Made by a program: the position numbers and the translations under genes. A stretch of DNA of 64,000 nucleotides from Chrysemys picta bellii (Eukaryota): the NCBI RefSeq assembly GCF_011386835.1, contig NC_088810.1, forward strand, positions 2,604,001 to 2,668,000, in the 5' to 3' direction. Shown piece after piece: positions 24,977 to 36,610 of this stretch; positions within the stretch are counted from its first letter, which is position 1, and the number at the start of each line of letters is the position of its first letter. Under the pieces are notes generated by a model. The model ran no database searches, was not told the origin of the DNA, and worked only from the letters and a program-made list of their open reading frames with translations.

Positions 24977-25097
24977 CTGTTTTGCTAGGCTTCTGGGCAA
25001 TATTTCTGGGATCCTTTTCCTTTGCAGGAGATTTTCCACGGGAGAATTTTGGCTGTTCAGGCTTCTCCCATGCGTGTCTTTCATCCCAGGCTGGCGT
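24977..25097 (-). CDS. Cytoplasmic linker exon, unit 2 (TPAWDERHAWEKPEQPKFSRGKSPAKEKDPRNIAQKPSKT)
   Basis: 121 nt, acceptor GAATCTTTTCTAG|, donor CAG|GTAAAG. Phase 0 in and phase 1 out, matching both flanking exons, with no stop. Confidence 0.78.
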
Positions 25098-26329
25098 CTA
25101 GAAAAGATTCACATTGGAGTGAATAGAAAGGGTGAGTTTACACGGCAATCGGCACGACTCTGATTGCACTCGCTTGTTAAAAATACTGGCGTGGCTGCAG
25201 GCGGCGGCTCAGGCTAGCTGCCCCAGGACGTGTCTAGGATCTCGGACGGGACTGTACAGGGGACCACTGCTTGGGTCTCCGTGGCCCCACTGCTAGGGGC
25301 TAGCTGGATCGGAGCTGGCATGTGCACCTCTGCCCACGCCAGCCCCCGCCCATGGTCTCTTCACCTCAGCTTCACTCCTCTGACTCCATTCCCCTCAGCA
25401 CCCCTATCCCCCCTTGTCCCTTCCTTGGTGCTAACGAAACACACCTCGTTTGCAGCCATCCCATCGCTCGTGCGTTCTCCCCCTTCCCAACCATGTCTGA
25501 CTGGCCTATTTAAACAATAGTCTTTAATTGTTTCCTTGCCCTCCCCCATCCATCTGGCTGTCTCCAGCTGGTGTCTCTTGTACATAGACTAGAAGCTCTT
25601 CGCAGCAGGGACTCTCTTTGTTCTGTGTTTGTGCAGCACCTAGCGCGCTGGGGTTCAGGGTCAGGATGGAGTGCCTGGGCACTACCATGATACGCCTAAT
25701 AAAGGGCACTAATAATTTACAGCGCCCAGCACAGTGGGGCCCTGCACCAGGATATGGGCATGTGGGTGCTACCGTAATGCACCTAATTAAGGGCAGTAAT
25801 AATGTACAGTACCTAGCACAGTGGGGTCCCAGGCCGGGTTAGGGGTGCTACTGTAATGCACCAAATAAACAATAGGTTTTTATTATTAGGAGTTAGACCT
25901 GATGACCTTTGCAGTCCCTTTTAACCCTATGGGTCTACGATTCCATTATTATTATTATTATTTATTATTTATTATCACAACATTTCAATTTTCTGCTGCA
26001 ATTTTCTAAACAAAATAAAATTCAATTCAAACTGAATATTTTCATTCTCAAAATGTTGATTTGTTTCCCTTTTTTTTAATTTTCAGGGAGTGGGTTTTCC
26101 CCCCTTTTTTGGCGCCCCCCATTTTTGGCATTGGATAAAGGCAAGGAAAGGTTTTTCAGCTAGAAGCCCGGTCGGCCCAGTGGCTAATCTGCTACTGATC
26201 TTGACAGATCAAAAGGAATTGATCACAGAACTAAAAATGCGTGGCTCTTTTAGATGCAAGTGGTCATGACTTGATCACATTTGTCGTGTGCAATGAGAAT
26301 AAAGTCCCAACCAGTAATATAGATACAGG

Positions 26330-27325
26330 GTGTTTTAATTATGTATCAGCTGGCAGAAAGAATGTAAAGAGAAAACGGTGAATGATAATTGGGAATGGTT
26401 TAAGAACATTTTACTAGATGCCCAGAAAACCACAATCCCAGATGAGAAAGAGTTTAAAAAACCAGCCTACTTAGAGAGGAAATGAAAACCACTTCAAACA
26501 ATAATATATAACAATTGGAAGAAACGGGAAGTTGATAGCAATGAATATAAATTAGATGTACATCAGAAGCAGGAAGCCTGCTAAACAACCAGTGGGGCCC
26601 CTGGACGATCGAGATACAAAAGGAGCGCTTAAAGACGATAAAGTCATTGCAGAGAAACTAAATGGATTCTTTGCTTCAGTCTTCACGTCTGAGGATGTTA
26701 GGGAGATTCCCAAACCTGTCGTCCTTTGTAGGTTGAAGTGTCTTTAGAAGAGGCTTTAGAATTGATACACTTAACATTAACAAGTCACCGGGACCAGATG
26801 GCATTCACCCAAGAGTTCTGAAAGAACTCAAATGTGAAATTGCAGGACTATTAACTATGGTTTGTAACCTGTTCTTCAAATCAGCTTCTGTACCCAATGA
26901 CTGGAAGATAGCTAATGTAACGTCAATATTTAAAAAGGACTCCAGAGGTGATCCTGGTAATTACAGACCGGTAAGTCTAACGTCAGTACCGGCCAAATTA
27001 GTTGAAACAACAGTCAACCTGGGGAACTCCTTGCCTGAGGAGGTTGTGAAGGCTAGGAATATAGCAGGGTTTAAAAGAGAACTAGATAAATTCATGGAGA
27101 TTAAGTCCATTAATGGCTACTAGCCAGGCTGGGTAAGGAATGGTGTCCCTAGCCTCTGTTTGTCAGAGGGTGGATATGGATGGCAGGAGAGAGATCACTT
27201 GATCATTACCTGTTAGGTTCACTCCCTCTGGAGCACTTGGCATTGGCCACTGTTGGCAAACAGGATACTGGGCTGGATGGACCTTCAGTCTGACCCAATA
27301 TGGCCATTCTTATGTTCTTATGTTA
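26330..27325 (+). mobile_element. CR1 LINE fragment (RT remnant plus 3' UTR, internally deleted)
   Basis: ORF 26857-27123 contains DWKIANVTSIFKK..GDPGNYRPVSLTSVP, the CR1 RT N-terminal motif, followed by a CR1 3' UTR. Confidence 0.9.
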
Positions 27326-27987
27326 AGCTAGGCATTGTAGAAAATTGATGAGGAAAGCAAATGGACACAAAGAGAAATATATGGCCTCCAGAATTAGAAG
27401 ATCACTTACATGGGGAATAAATACCTACATGGGAAATAGAAAATTGATAACAGACGGCTCTTCAGTCGAGCAGAAAAAGGAAGCAAGACAAACTCAGACT
27501 GGAAATAAGGTTTAACCGTGAGAGTAATTAATCATTGGAACAAATTACCAGGGGTTGTGATGAATTCTCCATCACTGGCAATTTTAAAATCAAGACTGGA
27601 TGTTTTTCTAAAGGATCTGATTGGGGCAGTTCTCTGGTCTGCGTTATCCAGGAGGTCAGACCAGATGATCAGAGTGGTCTCTTCTGGCTGGAATCTATGC
27701 ATTTCTGAGCAATTATAAACTCCTCACAGTCCATCCAGGGGCCGGGTAACTGCACCCTGACATTCGGGGTCAGAAAACAATCAACCTTAAAAATTCTGGT
27801 GGAGAAGGGGAGGCAGGGAATTTTTTTTCTTCGTGTCTGGAGATCGCTGAGTGCAAATGTAATTAAACAGAGGGATTTCAAACAGGCAAAAGAAAAATGC
27901 TCAAAGCAGCGTAAACCCTCCCCACATCTGTAATGAAGATGCCTCCCCACAGACGCGCCAAGGAGAGAAAAATGTTTTGAAACTCAC

Positions 27988-28226
27988 CTGCCGGGACTCT
28001 AGAGTCTGTTTGGTATCATCCACTCTTAAGTCCCACAAGAAATAGGCTTCCGGCTGCGCTCTTCCCTCCTCATAGTCAGCCTCCAATCCAAAGGCGTGTT
28101 TGGATGGCCTCAGTTTCCATCGGCCGGGAAGACGACGCATTTTAATGATGATAAGCATTACCAACAGGGAAAGAGGAAGAAGTAGAAGAGGAAGAGGTGC
28201 CCAATAGAACCAGACACACCTGGCAC
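27988..28226 (-). CDS. Transmembrane/juxtamembrane exon, unit 2
   Basis: Acceptor TTTCTTACAG|GT (phase 1); encodes WFYWAPLPLLLLPLSLLVMLIIIKMRR; consensus donor CAG|GTGAGT (phase 0). Confidence 0.85.
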
Positions 28227-28975
28227 CTGTAAGAAATGTGGGAGGGGAAGAAAAATCCACAAAACCCAGAATGCTTCTGTGAGCGCAGCAGGGTCCCAGG
28301 AAACCCCCGCTCTCCCCCCCAAGAGGTGCTGGGAATTGCAGACACCTTTCCCACTGCCACGAGCCCAGGGGATCTCAAATATTGTCAGAGCTGCACAGAG
28401 AGATCATACCTCTCCTCCCATTTGCCTGTAGGGTTCCCTCCTTTCTAATTGCTGGTAACCAGACCCGCGAGGAGACCACGCCCCCTTCTTCATCTCTTCC
28501 CAAGGCCCCACCCCATTGCTTGCTCCTCTCCCCACATCTCTCACTGGATCGTCTCATGGGACCTGCCAGCAGGTAGGAGGTGGCCTTGGTCGAGCAGGGG
28601 CTGGTGCGGGGTAATGACCCAGTGCCTCCGTCCACCCCGTGGTAACCGGACTTTTGGTTTGGGTGCCATTGAGGGTTGCCAGGTCCCAGAAAATCACCCA
28701 GACAGAGAAGCCAAAAACAAGACTGCCTGGATAAAAACAAGACAGTTGGCAACCCTATTTGTCTGTGCTTGGCCCCTCTCACTCCTTCCCCTTTGCTACC
28801 ACTGAGATTCACCAGCGATCACCTGGGCTCCCATCTACCATCTCGCTGAGCCATCCAGCTCTGCTCCCCAGTGGGTTACGGTGATGTGAGAACCCACCGC
28901 CGCGTGGAGCTGTTCCTAGCGGCCCAGCTGCCCGGACCCTGGGACTCGTGCGGTGCCCTGTGAGAGGAGCCCTAC

Positions 28976-29326
28976 CCTTCTCCACGGTCACTCTCATCCG
29001 CACGGAAAATGTGCCCAGTTGTGGCTTGACGTGGCAGGTGTAGACCCCGTCATCCGCCAGCTGGACGTTCTTGAGTCTCAGGGACGCAATTCCCTCGTGG
29101 AATCTCTCCGGATACAGCTGGGTCCGGCCCCGGTAAGCCTTATTCTGTCTCAGCCTCTGGTCCCTCCCCTTATAGTACGTGTGAACCAGGAGATCCCGTC
29201 CCTCCGCTGTTTCCTTCTTCCAGGTGATGTTCAACAGCTGCAGGTTTCGCTCAGGTTCGAAGGAGCAGCTGAGAGTGATGTCCTCCCCTTCCTGAACTAC
29301 AATGGGCGACTCTCGTTGTCTTGCCC
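28976..29326 (-). CDS. IgV exon 2, unit 2
   Basis: 351 nt, phase 1-1 (CTCTTTAAG|GG ... AAGG|GTAGGG); close paralog of 11902-12252. Confidence 0.92.
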
Positions 29327-29838
29327 CTTAAAGAGAAAAATCAATATTTTTTGTTGAGTTTTTCAAACATCAAGCAGTGGCCCATGCACTCATGACATGC
29401 ATACGCTGTAGTCTAAAAAGTACCCACAACACAGCCTGCACCCGTTTTCCATTTCACCCCAAAATCTGTAACTGCAAAACCTGAGTGGATTAGCAGAAGG
29501 GGAGATGGTGGTTAATACTGGAGCTAGTGATGGAGGGTGTCAGAGAAGCTTTGGTATCAAAGCCATGGATGCACCAAGACGGCATGAGGGGATTTCCAAA
29601 GGGATTCAGGTGCCTACAGATGCAGAGAGGTGCTTTTGAGAATCCCTCTACGTGCCTAACTCCCTCGACTTCTATGGGAATTAAGCAACAAAAAATGGAA
29701 AAAAAAAATTGGTGTGTGTGTGTGACAATTTGCATTTAGTTGAAAAGCTGTTTTCCTCCCAACAAATGTTTGAACGGCATCTTTTCGACCAGCTGTAGCC
29801 TCAGAGGCCAGCAAAGCCCATTGTAGGAGGTGTCATAC

Positions 29839-30183
29839 TCAGCACTGTCAGCGATGTCTCCTCAGACCGCGGGCCCAGCTCAGAGTTGACGAAGCAGCTG
29901 TAAGACCCCTCGTCCTCAATGTGAACATCCCTCAGTCTCAGGGACGCGTCCCCTTTGGCGAATCCTTCTGGGTCCAGCTGCGTCCGCCCCCTGTAAGCCT
30001 CAGATTGTTTCTCCATTCCCAAAGAGTAGCTGTGGACCAGCAGATCTGGTCCATCGGCTCTTGGCTTCTTCCAGGTGACGTTCACTTGTTGATTTGCTGC
30101 CAAGCCGAGTGTGGAAAAGGTGCAGCTCAGGGTGACGTCCTCGCCGCACTGAGCTGTGATGGATAACTGTGACATGATCACCC
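29839..30183 (-). CDS. IgV exon 1, unit 2
   Basis: 345 nt, phase 1-1 (CCTTTCAG|GG ... CTGA|GTATGA); ITAQCGEDVTLSC...VTW...YRGRTQL...DEGSYSC. Confidence 0.92.
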
Positions 30184-31516
30184 CTGAAAGGAAAGCGAGG
30201 GTCAGTATTAGAGTGTTAAAATGACAAGCTATCTCTTTAACAGGTAAGAGGTTTCCAGGTCCTAATCAAAAGCTGGGGGTCTGCAGGGAAGTGTGCGATC
30301 ATCAGTCAGTCTGCAAAGAGCCAGCCTAGAGTAAGGTGGGTTGAGTTACGCCTCTCCGCCTTAGGAGCAGCCTGCTTTGTCTCTCTCTGGTTTTGGTTCT
30401 TCTGTGTCAGGGTTCTGGAGCCTAAGAAATAAGTTTGTGTTATGTCACAATCTTCCCGTAAGTGGATTTGATGTTTGTTTCTAACTTCTCTATTTGTATG
30501 CTGTCAACAGAACATCTTTCACTTTCAGAACCAGTCTCTCTCCGCCCGTACATTTTTCGGCCCTAATTGACACAGAAGCTGCTTTGTGCCCCTCTGACTG
30601 CATGAAGGGATCTGAAAATGGGTGAAAATTACAGGGCCAGTGTGGGACTCGGGGGAACCAAGAACCGGAAGCGTAGATATTAAAGCCAGAATGGACCATT
30701 ATGACCATCTGCACAACATAGGCCAGAGAAACTCATTTCCTGGCCTGCTTTTGCTAGGTTAAACAAGCCAAGCTTTTCCAGTCTCCTCTCATAAGATCAG
30801 TTCTCCATTCCTCTGATCATCCTAGCAGCCCTTCTCTGCACCTGGCCCAGGCCGGATTCATCTTCCCTGAGCAGAATTGGACACAGTTTTCCAGATGAGG
30901 TCTCCCCAGTGCCTCGTACGCTGACATGAATGTTTCTCCCAGAGCGTGACAAGGGCAGCGTGTTACAGGGACCAACATCATTTGGAAGGGGGGAGTACAG
31001 GAGCAGGGGAGAAAAACAGGCACAGCTCCAGGCCAGAGGTAAAATGTCTCCAAATCCAGACGGGACAAACGGCAAAACATTTTGTTAATGCTAGTGTGGC
31101 CATATTTTCCCAAAGGGAAAACGGGACACTGCATGGGGCTGGCCCATGGCCCCCCGCCGCCCACCCACGTGGGGCCAGCCTCAGGCCTCCCTCAAACCCC
31201 TGCACGCGGGGCTGGCCCAGAACCCCCTGTCACCTGCCCACGTGGGGCTGGGCTGGCTGGGCCCCAGCCGCTCTCCTGAGCCCTCCCTCCCATGCAGGGC
31301 TGGCGTTGCCACTTGTCTCCCCTCCCCACAGGTTCCTCCATGCCCTGCTAGGGTTCGCGCCCCACTTTTTTGATACAACTGTGCATTTGTCCAGTTTGCT
31401 CTTGCCAGCTGAGCCAGGACAGGACTTAAAAATGGGACTCCCTCGGCCAAAGCGGGACGTGTGGTCACCCTGGTTAATGCAGAGTTAAGGATGCCTGGTG
31501 ATAGCTCCTGCCTTAC

Positions 31517-31618
31517 CAGAATGTCGAGTTCAACAAAACTCAGGCTTCTGAAAACCAGGAAATACTGAGTTAAGGTCAACACCCATTTAACCTTAACTCT
31601 GGCCCCTGGAGTTGACAT
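31517..31618 (-). CDS. Candidate leader exon, unit 2 (MSTPGARVKVKWVLTLTQYFLVFRSLSFVELDIL)
   Basis: TGCCATG start and strong donor CTG|GTAAGG, but phase 0. It needs a 0-to-1 micro-exon; the candidate 30666-30708 has only a weak donor. Confidence 0.45.
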
Positions 31619-32476
31619 GGCAAGAGAATGATCGGTGTGCACACTAGTTGCCTTCAAAGGGTGGGGTGTAGCTGTATTGAACGGTGGAGGGATTAGTTGG
31701 AGCAGTGTGGGAGAGCTGTGAGTGTGACGTGCGTGGGATCTGGGACTGAGCCCCTCCACGGGTGTGATCAAAGGACCGAGGCGCACGTGTCCAAGCCTGC
31801 GTCGTTCCAATCAGAACTGTACCGAACTGGGGACTTACTGTAGAGGGTCCACAGAGCGAGCGAGTGAAGTGACAATGCGGGGCCGGTTCCCATTACGCTG
31901 CAGGCTTGTCGGACATCTGCAAGAGAAGGAGCAACATGCTCTGAAAGGCATTCGGGGCAGGATCCGGCCAGTTTGACACTGACAAACCGATTCTCAGCTC
32001 GGCCCAGCAGGGCCCTAGTGAAATGTCTCTACAAACCTAGAGAAACTAATAGAGACTGAAGCCAGGTCTACGCTACGAACGTACAGCGATATAATCACCT
32101 CGCTCAGGGGGGTGAAACATCCACCCCCCTGAGCCACGCAATTACACCGACTGAACCCCTGGTGTAGACAGCGCTAGGCCGGCTTCTCCCGTTGCCGTAG
32201 CTACTGCCTCCTGGGGTCTTACAGCGAATGTGAATTACATTTACTCCCATTTATACGACCAAACCGGTGTGAAGTGCCCTTTGAGAATCCAGCACTACCA
32301 TTCTGATCTGTTGACGTTTTTACACTTCGTTTGCACCAGGGTAAATGAGGAGCACGGGTGCAAGGAGAATCCGGATTTGGATTTTGCTACATGGACTTTG
32401 CTATCGAGTCTACACTTGCGAGGGTGTAATTCTGAGTGTGGGCCATGTTTAAACAGCCACGCAAAGGTGTAAGTAC

Positions 32477-32784
32477 CAGAGGTCCCCAAACTGTGGGGCA
32501 CGGAGGAATCTTTGGGGGGGCATGGTGGGCCAGGGCCAGCCCCCACAGGAGCATGGAGGAAGCAACACCCAGCCCCGCTCTGCCCCCATCTCAGCTTCAG
32601 GCCCACCCCCTGCCTCAGCCCCTGGCTGCGGCCCTGCTCCCAGCACCAGCCTCGGCCCCCTCACCCCTTCCACATCCACCCCCAACCCCGGAAGTGTGGC
32701 CATGTTCCCAGCCCTGGCTTGGGGCGAGGGGCGGCAGACAGGGGTAAGTGGGGGATCTGACCCTGAAAAGTTTGGGGACCACTG
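32477..32784. mobile_element. hAT-type MITE
   Basis: Termini CAGAGGTCCCCAAACT...AGTTTGGGGACCACTG. Confidence 0.7.
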
Positions 32785-33102
32785 GTTTAGATACATACTG
32801 GGGATTTGGGGCTTCTTCCCCCTCCCTTCCACCGAGCCACAAAAGTCTTCCCCCATCTCCACATGTTGCTAGGCATCATCATCCCCCAAAGGTCGGGGTC
32901 CCCCTGACTAAATCCACAGGGCACGTGAAGCTGTTACAGCCGTGACCCCGTTAGAGCAGCAGAGATCGGTTCTGTGCAGAGCCATTAACGTGCAGTTCAG
33001 TGTTTAGCAGCCATGTTCGAGGTGCCTTAGCAGGCCTTAGAAACATATTTTGGAGAAAATCCCAGCAACAAAACAGCCCCACCTGGGAGGGGAATCTCTT
33101 AC

Positions 33103-33215
33103 CTTCCACCCCAAAGGCATCAAACCCTCCGATCTTCTCGGGGTGCTGGGAGAAATGGAATAATCCCTGTTTGTTCCACCGGCACCCGCCCCATCTCTCC
33201 CCCGGCAAGGGCAGC
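33103..33215 (-). other. Putative non-coding exon 1, unit 2
   Basis: Donor GAAG|GTAAGAGATTCCC 125 nt downstream of the ISRE, with a GC box GGGGCGGG in between; the 5' end is approximate. Confidence 0.6.
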
Positions 33216-33227
33216 CTCTGAGGAACA

Positions 33228-33241
33228 GGGAAAGTGAAAGT
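33228..33241 (-). promoter_or_regulatory. ISRE/IRF element, unit 2 promoter
   Basis: GGGAAAGTGAAAGT (+) = ACTTTCACTTTCCC (-). Confidence 0.72.
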
Positions 33242-33719
33242 AAACAGGCAACCGTTTATTGAAACAGCACAAAATTCACGCAGCAGCACTGGACTAGTTT
33301 AGCTAAAGGAGGCACAGCCCTGGAACGTGCGTCCTGAAAGCCACAAAGTGATGAAGCCCTAATGTTTGCGGATGGCGCTTTATGGATTCAGGACTGGACC
33401 CTCGAGGCCTTGTCTACACACAGAGAAGTTACACGTCTTCAGCTGATGCATTTCAATTGCTTCTTAAATGCTTTGAGAGGGTCCATGCAAGGGTTTACAC
33501 TCAATGAGTTACATCGTTTAAACAAAGAAACCTGAAGTTAAATCACTTCAGCTCTGTTTCATCCCTGTAAAATCCTTGCCCAGCTGTTCCGAAAGGTTCC
33601 CCTGGCACACAGCAGCCTTGATCTCAGATACTCAAGACCAGCAGGGTTGGCAGCACTCGGTGCTTGGGTGGGACACCAGAAAATTTAAGGTGGCTCCAGG
33701 GTGTGGGGTAGGTGACTCA

Positions 33720-34330
33720 GTAGGGGACGCTCTCCCCTTGCAGTCAGTGCAATGAACCAGGGCAACACTAGAGGCGCTGTGCTGTGGGGGGCGCTCTCCT
33801 GTGGCAGGCAGGGCTGGTCCTAATGCCCCAGGGTTTTGGGGAGGGGGGTGCTCTCCCCTTGCAGTCAGTGCAATGAACCAGGGTGGTGCTAGGGGGCGCT
33901 GTGCTGCAGGGGAGTGGGGTGGGGGGCGCTTTCCCGTGGCAGGCAGGGCTGGCCCTAATGCCCCAGAAAGGCACTAGGGGGCGCTGTGCTGCAGGGCGTG
34001 GGATGGGGGCTTTCCCTGACTGTCAGGACTGGCCCCAATGCCCCAGGGCGGTGCTAGGAGGCGCTATGCTGCAGGGGAGTGGGGTGGGGGTCGCTATCCC
34101 CTTGCACTCAGTGCAATGCCCCAGGGTGGTGCTAGGGGGCGCTGTGCTGCAGGGGGCAGGGTGGGGGGCTCTCCCCTAGCTGTCAGGACAGGCCCCAATG
34201 CCCCGGGGTGGGGCTAGGGGGCGCTGTGCTGCAGGGGGCAGGGTGGGGGCTCTCCTCTGGCAGTCAGGACTGGCCCCAATGACCCAGGGAGGCGTGGGGA
34301 GGGGGCTGTGCTGCAGGGGGGCGAGGGTGG
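33720..34330. repeat. G-rich ~81 bp minisatellite, same family as 17520-18240
   Basis: Repeated GGGGGCGCTGTGCTGCAGGGG...CTCTCCCCT...GGCCCCAATGCCCCAGGG. Confidence 0.85.
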
Positions 34331-34847
34331 GCTGAACAGACCTATTTGAGCACCTCTAGCAGTTAAAGTGTTACTGCTTTCTGTATGTTTGCCAGCTGCT
34401 GAGTTTGGGTTTCCTGTTTGTTCTGGAAGGGGAAATGGGTGGGAACATGTGTTCAGAGCTAATACTGCCCTCTGCAGGCTGCCAGATGACATAAACACAC
34501 GGGACTTGGATGGCTAAACTCGGGACTTCCAATTCCTTCTCATCATGGAAAGGCGCAGAACTCATGGGTGATTCGCAGCTTCTTTGATAAGGGATGTTCC
34601 TTTTTTTGGACCCTAATGTGTCTCCATTCTGCTCCCTCCCCCAACACACATGCAGAGTGTCTCTTCATTTTTTTATTGTATTTGCATTTCAAAACACAAA
34701 AACCTGCAATCACAGTGCTAGCAAGTGGTGTTAGCTCACACATTTATGAGCTGCTGATGGATTATTTTGTCCCTCCTTTGGGAGTCTATTGCTTTTACTT
34801 TTAGATACTGGCAGGGGGAGATGAAGCTGTTTGCTCTGTAAATAATA

Positions 34848-35027
34848 CATAGAATATCAGGGATGGAAGGGACCAAAGGAGGTCATCTAGTCCAACCCGC
34901 TGTGCAAAACAGGACCAATCCCCAGACAGATTTTTGCCTCAGACCCCTGAGTGGCCCTTTCAAGGATTGAACTCATAACCCTGGGTTTAGCAGGCCAATG
35001 CTCAAACCATTGAGCTATCCCTCCCCC
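34848..35027 (-). mobile_element. tRNA-derived SINE with CR1 tail
   Basis: The reverse complement has A-box TAGCTCAATGG, B-box GAGTTCAATCC and a CR1 tail; absent at the paralogous site near 55015. Confidence 0.82.
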
Positions 35028-35329
35028 CATATGGGAATTGAATAATATCCAAATAAACAAGAAGCAGGAGTAAACATTTCAAAAGTGCCTTAAGAGCTAA
35101 GGGCTGGATTTTCAAAGGGATTTAGGTGCCCGAGGATGCAGAAAGGCACCTAGTGGAGTTTTTGGAAGTCCTTCAGCAGGGTAGCCACCCAACTCCCATT
35201 GATTTCCAACCTCTCTTTACATCTTTAGGTACCTAAATAGCTATGGAAATGTAGCCTTCAGTCACTTATGAAAATAGAATGTTGGTGCCTAAGTCCCTTA
35301 GGCATTGCTATGACCTGAATCAAACAGCC

Positions 35330-36610
35330 TCCACTGTCTACCTGCTCTCTCTGAGAAGTCTCCATTGTATCCAGTTCCTGGGAAAGTCCTTGGGAGTGTG
35401 AATTCCCTTTAATGGCCCATCAGCGCATCTGGCTCCTCCATTGCTGCACCTGAAAGGCTGGTTGTGGGTGTTCCCAATAAGGCAGCCCTCCCCAGAAACC
35501 TTCTGGAAAGGATTGCAGAGAACCTCCATGAAAGTTTCCTAGAGCTCTCCATGGAGGATTCCTGGGCCATCCCTGTGCACATAAACAGCCTTTTTGGGGG
35601 AGAACCCTCTGTGAAGCTAGGGCGGCCACCGGGACTCAGATACCCACTGCACCTCACTTTTCTTTCATATTAAACAAAATATAAGAGCACGTAACCCCTA
35701 CAGTTTCATTGGAATTGCATCCTCACCAGAGGTGCCTTCCCCGGCATCACACCTGACCACGATGCTGTTCTGGGAATGGCTGGACTGCTCCGGGGTTAAA
35801 AATAGCTTCTGGCTCTCAGGAAGAATGGATCCTCTGCTCGCCTGCCTTCCATTGTCCTCCTGCTGGTCTTTGTCCAAGTGTCCTCCTCGTTGTTGCCTGA
35901 GGTGGTCTGGGACTCCCGGGAGGTATCCGTGCTGCATTTTGGGGTAGTGGTGGGGTCGCCACTGAGAATCGCATGTAGCTCATTGTAGAACCAGAACGGC
36001 TGTTCACCTCCCTTGTCTTCTGGTACCTCTGCCTGCTGAAGTGCTTTGGTTTTCACGCAGCACTGCAGTGTGTCCTGGGTGTAGCCTGTCTCCCCCATGC
36101 CCCGCGTGATCTTTGCGTAGATGTCGACGTTTCTTCGGCTGGATGGGAGCTCTGCCTGCAGAGACTCTACTCCCCACGCAGCAATAAGATCCATCACCTG
36201 CTGTGTACTCCAGGCTGGGGCGCGTTTGGAGCGTTGAGTCACCATGCTCGGCGAGCTCGCCACGCTGATCACACAGGAAATGGGAATTCAAACGTTCCCA
36301 GGGCTTTAACCGGGAAGCGGCTGTTGCCCGTGTACTTGGCTGCCGTGCAGCGGAGCTGAAAACCATCTCCGCAGCGGTCACAGCGGAACATTGTGGGACA
36401 CCGCCAGGAGGCCAATTCAGTCGACGTACACAACACTGGGTCTACACTGCCTGTCTGTCGACCCATCAACGTCGAATTCATTACGTAATTAAGTCAACGC
36501 TACAGGTGGGTTAGGTTGGCCGAAGGGACCTCGTACTGTAGATGCAGACATTTTTAGGTTGACGTAAGGCAGCTTCCTTTGACCTAACTTTGCTGTGTAG
36601 ACCAGGCCTT
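35330..36610 (-). mobile_element. Harbinger/PIF-like element remnant with frameshifted Myb/SANT-like ORF (35698-36272)
   Basis: KRAPAWSTQQVMDLIAAWG...RRNVDIYAKI...QCCVKTKAL resembles a Myb/SANT-like domain; GTCTACAC/GTGTAGAC motifs are nearby. Confidence 0.7.
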
